Assembly: GCA_964591795.1 (NCBI GenBank) | Contig: CAZQEL010000015.1 | Location: forward strand, 1 to 22,365 | From: an uncultured archaeon | GTDB lineage: Archaea > Iainarchaeota > Iainarchaeia > Iainarchaeales > CSSED10-239 | DNA length: 22,365 nt | Direction of reading: 5' to 3' | Shown here: one piece after another, positions 16,596-22,365 of the stretch | How positions within the stretch are numbered: position 1 is the first letter of the stretch | Layout: each line of letters opens with the position of its first letter | The notes under the pieces: model-generated | What the model saw: the letters and a program-made list of their open reading frames with translations, nothing else | The model's database searches: none | Told to the model about the DNA's origin: nothing | Made by a program: the position numbers and the translations under genes

Positions 16596-17987
16596 ATGAC
16601 TACTATTTTATGGATTATTATAATATTTGCTTCTCTTTTTATATTAGCAAATGTTTCAAAAAAATTATTTAAAACTGATATTTATTTAGGTCTTTTTATA
16701 ATGATAAAAACAAGAAGATTTATTCCTTTTTTAGATAAACTTGCAAAACCTAAAAAAATCTTAAATATAATTACAGATATTGGTATTGTTTTAGGATTTG
16801 GTGCTTTTGGACTTGATTATGTTTTAAAAGAAAAAATAAAATCAAAATTAAAAAGATTGTTTTTATTTATTTTTTCATCAATTATTTTAAGCTATGTTTT
16901 CTATTTTGGTTTAGGTTTAATGCTTAAAAATAATCCTATGGTATCAGCAAACTTTTTATGGTTTATGGCAATACTTTCTGGAATTATGGGTCTTAGTGGT
17001 TTTACTTTATCATCTTTAGTTTTTTCAGCCTATGATATTGTTGTTAAATTATTTGCAGGAACTGTTGCTTCAGCTTGTCCTGGTGTAGGGCTTGTTATTC
17101 CTGGGGTTAAAATGCCTAAGATTGAGCTATTAATTCCATGGTATGGATGGATTATTTTAATTATTTCTGCTATAGTGCATGAGTTTTCACATGGTGCTAT
17201 GCTTAGAACACTTAAAGCTAAAGTTAAGTCTATGGGTTTTATCTTAGCTGGACTATTTCCACTTGGTGCTTTTGTAGAACCTGATGATAAAGAACTTAAA
17301 AAGAAGAAAAATAAATCTATTATTAGAATGCTTTCTGCTGGACCTACTAGTAATACAATAATTGCGATTGTTTTTATCTTAATATATTTATTAATTACAC
17401 CTGGTATTGCAAACTATTCACAGTCAATAGCAGTTCAAAGAGAATCAAGTCTTTTTATTTATTCAGTTGATCAAAATATTTCTATTTGTGGTACTATTTT
17501 TGATAGTCCTGCATATGGTTTAGTTGATGTTAATTCTCAAATTTTTTCTGTAAATGATAAATTAATAAAAAATCGTTATGATTTGATATCTGCAACAAAA
17601 CTTGATTATGATAATAAATTTATTTTTAAAAATACTAATACTAATATAGAAAAAGAAATTTATCTTAAACCAAATGAAATGGGTAGACTTGGTTTTACTT
17701 ATAATGTAAATTATGATTCTTCATTTGTAATTCCTCAAAAATATTATTGGTATAAGACTATTTTATCAGTAGTTTTGTGGAGTGCTGTATTAAACTTTTT
17801 AATAGCTACTGTTAATTTCCTTCCAACTTTTCCATTTGATGGTGGAATGATGTCTAAAATTATATTTGAAGGATATCTTCCACGAAAGAAACAAAATGAG
17901 AAAAAGAGAATGAAAAAAGTAGCAAGATTCTTTGGAATATTAATAATTGTTTTACTTTTATTAAATATTCTTCCTTACTTTTTTTAA
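16596..17987 (+). CDS. site-2 protease family (M50) membrane metalloprotease
   Basis: HEFSHGAM is an HExxH motif in a TM segment. The distal motif is NFLPTFPFDGG (NxxPxxxxDG). A central PDZ-like segment is present (FDSPAYGLVDVNSQIFSVND). Confidence 0.85.
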   Translation: MTTILWIIIIFASLFILANVSKKLFKTDIYLGLFIMIKTRRFIPFLDKLAKPKKILNIITDIGIVLGFGAFGLDYVLKEKIKSKLKRLFLFIFSSIILSYVFYFGLGLMLKNNPMVSANFLWFMAILSGIMGLSGFTLSSLVFSAYDIVVKLFAGTVASACPGVGLVIPGVKMPKIELLIPWYGWIILIISAIVHEFSHGAMLRTLKAKVKSMGFILAGLFPLGAFVEPDDKELKKKKNKSIIRMLSAGPTSNTIIAIVFILIYLLITPGIANYSQSIAVQRESSLFIYSVDQNISICGTIFDSPAYGLVDVNSQIFSVNDKLIKNRYDLISATKLDYDNKFIFKNTNTNIEKEIYLKPNEMGRLGFTYNVNYDSSFVIPQKYYWYKTILSVVLWSAVLNFLIATVNFLPTFPFDGGMMSKIIFEGYLPRKKQNEKKRMKKVARFFGILIIVLLLLNILPYFF

Positions 17988-17989
17988 TT

Positions 17990-18601
17990 TTATTTTTTAT
18001 TTAATTTGTGATAAATTTCTTTAAAAGTAAGAGGTATGTTGTTTGATTTTTGAAGTAGTGATGTGATTTCTCTTAATGCATGACTTTCAAAAATATATCT
18101 TTTATTTGAAATACCAAATTGTATTTTTGAAATTCCTTCAATATAATTTATAAGACTATAATATGCATCTAATGCTTCTAATACTTCTCTACTGTGAACT
18201 TTTTTTATAAGTATATTTGTTGATTTAATTATTTCTTCTTCAACTTCTATTTTTGAAATAAGAGTTTTGTTTTGTTTTCTTTTTTTCATTAAACCTTTTA
18301 GTTCTTCTTTAATTATTTCATTTTGTTCTTTTTTATTTAATTTTGGATTACTAATTATAATTTTAAATCCTTTTAAGTCATTAATTAGGCGATTATCTAT
18401 TGATTTAATATAATTTATTTTTGAAATTGTTAATTTTTTTAAAGTAGTTCTTTCAATTAAAAGATTCTTTTTTCTTAATTCATTTAAAGCTAATTTAAGT
18501 TTACTTTTTTCATTTATTCTTGATAAATTATTAGAAGTACCTTTTTTTATTTTATTTAGTAATTTTATAGTTTTATTTGCGTAATTTATTTTTGGAGTCA
18601 T
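17990..18601 (-). CDS. hypothetical Lys-rich, probably coiled-coil protein
   Basis: 203-aa ORF starting 2 nt after the HIT gene stop, with TTGAT 5 nt upstream. It is convergent with the M50 protease gene at a 2-nt spacer. No known motif. Confidence 0.45.
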   Translation of the reverse strand: MTPKINYANKTIKLLNKIKKGTSNNLSRINEKSKLKLALNELRKKNLLIERTTLKKLTISKINYIKSIDNRLINDLKGFKIIISNPKLNKKEQNEIIKEELKGLMKKRKQNKTLISKIEVEEEIIKSTNILIKKVHSREVLEALDAYYSLINYIEGISKIQFGISNKRYIFESHALREITSLLQKSNNIPLTFKEIYHKLNKK

Positions 18602-18603
18602 AG

Positions 18604-19008
18604 TTAATCAATTTTTAATATTTTTTGTATTTCTGTTAAATCTTTTTTAATATATTTAGTTTTAGGGAAAGTATTTAATTTATCATTGTCATATCTTGGT
18701 AGAATATGGAAATGTAAATGCATAACACTCTGTTCTGCAGCTTTTCCAGATGCATTTAATATATTTATTCCATCACAGTTAAGTTTTTGTTTAATGTTAT
18801 TTGATATTAATTTAACTACTTTAATTACTTCTGATAAATAAAAATCATCAGTATCTAAAACATTAGTAAAATGTTTTTTAGGAATAACTAAAATATGTCC
18901 TTTTAAAATTGGATTAATATCTAAAAATGAAAGTACATATTTATTTTCATATATTTTAAAACAAGGTATTTGTTTATTAATTATTTTACAAAAAATACAA
19001 TTTGTCAT
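18604..19008 (-). CDS. HIT-family (histidine triad) nucleotide hydrolase/transferase
   Basis: N-terminal CIFCKI, then KGHILVIPKKH and an intact triad HLHFHILPR. Confidence 0.9.
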   Translation of the reverse strand: MTNCIFCKIINKQIPCFKIYENKYVLSFLDINPILKGHILVIPKKHFTNVLDTDDFYLSEVIKVVKLISNNIKQKLNCDGINILNASGKAAEQSVMHLHFHILPRYDNDKLNTFPKTKYIKKDLTEIQKILKID

Positions 19009-19043
19009 AATATTCTCTTAAATTTATTTTATAAAAAGATAAG

Positions 19044-19049
19044 AAAAAA
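19044..19049 (-). terminator. oligo-T tract (CTTTTTTC on the minus strand) immediately 3' of tRNA-Gly
   Basis: The T6 run starts 2 nt after the discriminator base. Archaeal RNA polymerase terminates at oligo-T tracts. Confidence 0.35.
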
Positions 19050-19050
19050 G

Positions 19051-19122
19051 TGCACCCGTCGGGATTCGAACCCGAGTCCCAAGCTTGGAAGGCTCAAATA
19101 CTAACCACTATACTACGAGTGC
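19051..19122 (-). tRNA. tRNA-Gly(TCC): tRNA-Gly (anticodon TCC)
   Basis: Hand-folded cloverleaf. Acceptor GCACTCG/CGGGTGC, D stem GTAT/GTAT, anticodon stem TGAGC/GCTTG, loop CTTCCAA, T arm TCGGG-TTCGAAT-CCCGA, discriminator A. 72 nt, no encoded CCA, no intron. Confidence 0.9.
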
Positions 19123-19164
19123 TTGTTTAATATTTTTCTTACAAATATTATATGAAGATAAAGG

Positions 19165-19172
19165 TTTATATA
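19165..19172 (+). promoter_or_regulatory. archaeal TATA box (TTTATATA) centred about 27 nt upstream of the fen ATG
   Basis: Consensus-like TTTATATA is preceded by the purine-rich BRE-like gataaagg. There is no SD-like element between it and the ATG at 19196, which suggests a leaderless mRNA. Confidence 0.5.
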
Positions 19173-19195
19173 CTTTATCTATTTAATAATATTAT

Positions 19196-20239
19196 ATGGG
19201 TGTGGCAATAGGTAAATTAATTGAAGATGCAAAACAAAAGTTTGAACTTAATAATACACATACAAACAAACGATTTGGGTTTGATGCATATAATATTTTA
19301 TATCAATTTATAACAAGCATACGTGGAATTGATGGCGAACCACTTAAAAATAAAGACGGTGTGGTTACAAGTCATTTAAATGGAATGTTTTATAGGGTAT
19401 TGAACCTTTTATCAAATAATATTGATATTTCTTTTATTTATGATGGTAAAAGTATAGATTTAAAATTAAAAACACAAAATGAACGACGTGCAAGAAAAGA
19501 AATTGCAAAAGCACATTTTAAGGATGCAGTTGATCGTGGAGATCTTCAAGATATGCATAAGTTTTCAAAAAGATTTGTAAGTCTTGATGATAATATTATT
19601 AAAGAATCAAAAGAATTACTTGGATATATGGGTGTGTCAATAATAAATGCTCCTTCAGAAGCTGAAGCTCAGATTTCATATATGACTAGAAATAATATGT
19701 TTGATTATACTGTATCTCAAGATTTTGATTGTTTATTATTTAATTCACCTAATCTTTTAAGAAATTTAACTGTTTCTCAAAAAAAAAAAGTACCTTCTAA
19801 AAATCTATATGTTGATATTAATCCTGAGATAATTTATCTTGATTTAGTTTTAGAAAAATTAAATATTTCAAGAGAAAAATTAATTTATTTATCAATGCTT
19901 ATTGGAACTGATTTTAATGATAAAATTCAAGGTATTGGACCCAAGACTGCTTTAAAGTTAGTTTTAGGAAACGATTCATTTAAAGATATTGAAAAAGTTT
20001 TAATTGATAAAAATAAAAAAATTGATTTTGATTATAAAGAAATACTTGATGTTTTTGAAAATCCAATAATTTCAAAAAATCCTGAAATTGAAAAAAATAC
20101 TTTTAGTCAAAAGAAAATTGAAAATATGCTTGTTGATAGATTTGATTTTTCATATGATCGTATTAATTCAATTTTAAATAAATTTACTAAAGAAAAAGAT
20201 GATAAAAATAAACAAAAAACAATAGATCAATGGTTTTAA
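19196..20239 (+). CDS. fen: flap endonuclease 1
   Basis: MGV..G.LI start. Acidic active-site residues are present in FDAYNILYQF, FIYDGKS, PSEAEAQISYM, SQDFDCLLF and IGTDFN. The H3TH motif is GIGPKTALKL. The C-terminal PIP box QKTIDQWF is immediately followed by TAA. Confidence 0.95.
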   Translation: MGVAIGKLIEDAKQKFELNNTHTNKRFGFDAYNILYQFITSIRGIDGEPLKNKDGVVTSHLNGMFYRVLNLLSNNIDISFIYDGKSIDLKLKTQNERRARKEIAKAHFKDAVDRGDLQDMHKFSKRFVSLDDNIIKESKELLGYMGVSIINAPSEAEAQISYMTRNNMFDYTVSQDFDCLLFNSPNLLRNLTVSQKKKVPSKNLYVDINPEIIYLDLVLEKLNISREKLIYLSMLIGTDFNDKIQGIGPKTALKLVLGNDSFKDIEKVLIDKNKKIDFDYKEILDVFENPIISKNPEIEKNTFSQKKIENMLVDRFDFSYDRINSILNKFTKEKDDKNKQKTIDQWF

Positions 20240-20254
20240 ATTATATTTATAAAG

Positions 20255-20264
20255 TTTTTTTTTT
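20255..20264 (+). terminator. T10 tract 15 nt downstream of the fen stop
   Basis: The sequence reads aaagTTTTTTTTTTgtt. It is an oligo-T archaeal termination signal. Confidence 0.4.
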
Positions 20265-20314
20265 GTTAAAAATATTTATACAAAAAGAATAAATTATTAA
20301 AAAAATAGATTTCT

Positions 20315-20345
20315 GGAAAATAAAAAATTTAGTTTTTTAATTTCC
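20315..20345. terminator. 13-bp AT-rich hairpin (one mismatch) between the convergent fen and rpl40e genes
   Basis: GGAAAATAAAAAA-tttag-TTTTTTAATTTCC, with 12 of 13 positions pairing. It lies in a convergent intergenic region. Confidence 0.25.
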
Positions 20346-20394
20346 AAAAATAAAAAAAATGTTATAAAAAAATAATAATTAAAAGAAAATAATA

Positions 20395-20547
20395 TTATTT
20401 TACATTTTTTCCTTTCTTTTTAGCTCTGATTCTTGTTGCACCGCATTTTTTACAAAATTCCATTCTTTTAGAACTTCTCATTGTATTATTGCAGGCCATA
20501 CAAACCCATATATTTTTTAATTTTCTATTTTTAGCTATTGTTTCCAT
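20395..20547 (-). CDS. rpl40e: 50S ribosomal protein L40e
   Basis: Not in the supplied ORF track (50 aa): METIAKNRKLKNIWVCMACNNTMRSSKRMEFCKKCGATRIRAKKKGKNVK. It has a CxxC...CxxC zinc ribbon and a basic tail typical of L40e. AGGTGA lies 7 nt upstream of the ATG. Confidence 0.75.
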   Translation of the reverse strand: METIAKNRKLKNIWVCMACNNTMRSSKRMEFCKKCGATRIRAKKKGKNVK

Positions 20548-20798
20548 TTTATTTTCACCTTTAAAGATTATAATATATTTTTTAAATATTACTTATTATT
20601 AAATATATATTACTAAATATTACTAAAGTATATTATTTAATATTAGTATATATTTAACATACAAAAGGTATTTAAAATAAGACTTTTTTATTTTGAGTAA
20701 AAAACCAAACAGTATATAAATAAATCGCTGCTTATTTATATTGTACTACTTACTAATAATATCTTTTTTTAAGTGGTTATTTTAATGAAGAATTCTAC

Positions 20799-20872
20799 GC
20801 TCTTGTGGTGTAGTCCGGTAATCATTCTGGCCTTTCAAGCCAGAGACTCGGGTTCGAATCCCGGCGAGAGCA
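20799..20872 (+). tRNA. tRNA-Glu(TTC): tRNA-Glu (anticodon TTC)
   Basis: Hand-folded. Acceptor GCTCTTG/CGAGAGC, the GTGTAGTCCGGTAATCAT D arm typical of archaeal tRNA-Glu, anticodon stem CTGGC/GCCAG, loop CTTTCAA, T arm TCGGG-TTCGAAT-CCCGG, discriminator A. 74 nt, no CCA, no intron. Confidence 0.9.
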
Positions 20873-20944
20873 TTTGTTTTTAATAAGTTAAAAACATAAA
20901 ATTATAAAGGATATTTAATAAAATTATAATTAAAGGCGAAAAAC

Positions 20945-21076
20945 ATGGGAACTAGAAAAAAAGATTCAAGTAGATTTAAAAAAACTAAATCCAGACAAAG
21001 ATGGAAATGGAAAAAAAAGAAAATGAGAGCAACAGCAAGAGAAAGAAGATATTTAAGAAAGAGAGCTGCGTCATAA
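20945..21076 (+). CDS. rpl41e: 50S ribosomal protein L41e (probable)
   Basis: Not in the ORF track (43 aa): MGTRKKDSSRFKKTKSRQRWKWKKKKMRATARERRYLRKRAAS. The extremely basic RWKWKKKKMR...R..RKR pattern resembles archaeal L41e. AAGGCG lies upstream of the ATG. Confidence 0.55.
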   Translation: MGTRKKDSSRFKKTKSRQRWKWKKKKMRATARERRYLRKRAAS

Positions 21077-21116
21077 GGCAGTTTAATTTTATTTATTTAT
21101 TTATTTATTGAAAATT

Positions 21117-21572
21117 ATGCAAAAAGAAGATTGTGTTTTTTGTAAAATTACAAAAAAAGAAATTGATTCTGCAATTATTTATGAAGATAATGAATTTATT
21201 GCTATTTTAGATGGATATCCTAATACTAAGGGACAAACTCTTGTTCTTACAAAAGAACATTATGGTTAATATGTTTTTAATTTACCTGATTCTATTTATA
21301 TAAAATTATTAGAGGTTTCTAAAAAAGTTGTAAAGATTTTAGAAAAAGGGCTTTTAACTAAAAGAGTAGCTATGGTTTTTGAAGGACAAGGTGTAGATTA
21401 TATTCATATTAAATTATATCCTATGCATAATATTGATGAAAATAAATTTGGAGAACTTTCTGGAAATGTTTATTTTGAAAAATATCCTGGATATATTACA
21501 ACATTAATTGGACAAGCTCAAGATATTGAAACTAGTAAAAAAATTGCAAATGAAATTATTTCAAATAAATAA
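21117..21572 (+). pseudogene. HIT-family protein gene interrupted by an in-frame TAA (21267-21269), with a degenerate histidine triad
   Basis: A single frame reads MQKEDCVFCKI...KGQTLVLTKEHYG*YVFNLPD...VDYIHIKLYPMH...ISNK*. The N-terminal part before the stop is typical HIT. The listed ORF 21372..21572 is only the tail of this frame. Confidence 0.7.
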
Positions 21573-21700
21573 TTTTTAGTAATTTAAATATAATAAAAAT
21601 ATTTTATATTTAAGACTAAAAAAACCTATTTTTTCATGGTTTTTTCTATTTTTCTGAGGAAAAAAACGATTCCTTTAAAAACATTGCCTTACTATTATTA

Positions 21701-21733
21701 TTTTACTGCGCTAATTTATTTAGTACAGTAAAA
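21701..21733 (+). other. structured hairpin in the 16S rRNA 5' leader
   Basis: TTTTACTG-cg-CTAA-tttat-TTAG-ta-CAGTAAAA gives 8 + 4 bp with a symmetric 2x2 internal loop. It lies about 130 nt upstream of the mature 16S 5' end. Confidence 0.3.
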
Positions 21734-21863
21734 CTCATCAAACCTATTTATTTAGGAAAATGAGGTCTCAAGTTATTTTGAGTCTGATGTGGAAGAAAAG
21801 ACGATAAACATTTATACAACAACACTCAAATATGTTAAAAAAGTGTGCAAATTTTTATACCCA

Positions 21864-22365
21864 ATTCCAGCTGATCCTGCTGGTGGGTACTGCTATTGGA
21901 ATCTGACTAAGACATGCAAGTCTAAAAGTCTCAGCTATGAGAGATTTTGGCGAACGGCTCAGTAACACGTGGTCAATCTACCCTTTTGAAGAGTTAAACT
22001 CGGAAAACTGAGTATAATGCTCTATAGAAAAGTAAATCTGGAATGATTACTATTCTAAAGGTTAAAGGTTCATGCATCTTTAACGCGAAAGGATGAGACT
22101 GCGCCAGATTAGGTAGTTGGTAGGGTAACTGCCTACCAAGCCGAAGATCTGTACGGGCCTTGAGAGAGGGAGCCCGGAGAAGGGAACTGAGATAATGTCC
22201 CTAGCCCTACGGGGTGCAGCAGTTACGAAACTTTTACAATGCGGGAAACCGTGATAAAGAGATTCCAAGTGCTTACTATGTAAGCTTTTATATAGTGTGA
22301 AAAACTATGTGAATAAGAGGAGGGCAATATACGTGCCAGCCGCCGCGGTAATACGTAATCCTCAA
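21864..22365 (+). rRNA. rrs: 16S rRNA, 5' ~500 nt (runs off the window end), archaeal type
   Basis: ATTCCAGCTGATCCTGCTGG...ACTGCTATTGGAATCTGACTAAGACATGCAAGTC, CCCTACGGGGTGCAGCAGTTACGAAA and GTGCCAGCCGCCGCGGTAATAC match archaeal 16S landmarks in the correct order and spacing. Confidence 0.95.

Noticed and set aside
20590-20660. AT-only inverted repeats (TTAAATATATA ... TATATATTTAA) and repeated AATATTACT words between rpl40e and tRNA-Glu
   Set aside because: They are composed only of A and T in a divergent promoter region of an AT-rich genome, so they are expected by chance. They probably just reflect TATA-like promoter sequence.
21372-21572. 66-aa ORF listed as an independent gene
   Set aside because: It is the C-terminal tail of the HIT-like frame that opens at 21117. 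The frame is already open from 21270, and the Met at 21372 is internal (VAMVFEGQG).
22080-22268. 62-aa minus-strand ORF
   Set aside because: It lies inside the 16S rRNA gene, so it is a spurious ORF in GC-richer structural RNA.
1-22365. Genome-wide stop-codon reassignment (TAG or TAA read as sense) as the explanation for the in-frame stops
   Set aside because: TAA ends nearly every conserved gene at its expected C-terminus, for example directly after the FEN1 PIP box and after the UvrB UVR domain. TAG appears to end the exonuclease and the decarboxylase at natural lengths. TGA ends agmatinase. The standard code fits, so only local read-through, error or pseudogenisation remain plausible.
1-22365. 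CRISPR arrays, transposases or integrases, a DGR-type template/variable repeat pair, or known defence genes
   Set aside because: I could find no spaced direct repeats, no reverse transcriptase, recombinase or Cas-like motifs, and no long duplicated segments. The only tandem repeat is the 54-nt coding repeat at 2234-2287.

Overview
This is a strongly AT-rich, very compact, almost fully coding chromosomal segment from an archaeon. Archaeal markers are the 5' ~500 nt of a 16S rRNA, flap endonuclease FEN1 with a C-terminal PIP box, deoxyhypusine synthase, ribosomal proteins L40e and L41e, and archaeal-type tRNA-Glu and tRNA-Gly. The low GC, the tiny intergenic spacers and the many Lys/Asn-rich orphan ORFs suggest a reduced DPANN-like genome, but that placement is inference. 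Bacterial-type genes are interspersed: DinD-UvrB, a DnaQ-like DEDDh exonuclease and a PspC-domain protein. I found no CRISPR array, transposase, integrase or recognisable defence system. The items most worth follow-up are listed here. (1) A tight same-strand operon at 9823-14922 links deoxyhypusine synthase, a fold-type-III PLP decarboxylase and agmatinase with four uncharacterised ORFs. Two of these are tandem paralogues with a possible kinase-like motif order. (2) In-frame stop codons interrupt a DUF2207-like membrane protein (TAG) and a HIT protein next to the 16S gene (TAA), with a weaker third case inside the operon. (3) A translationally coupled pair of genes carries a reiterated His motif. 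(4) A secreted CPHC thioredoxin-like domain is fused to a 6-TM CcdA/DsbD-like module. All product calls rest on motifs read by eye; no database search was run.
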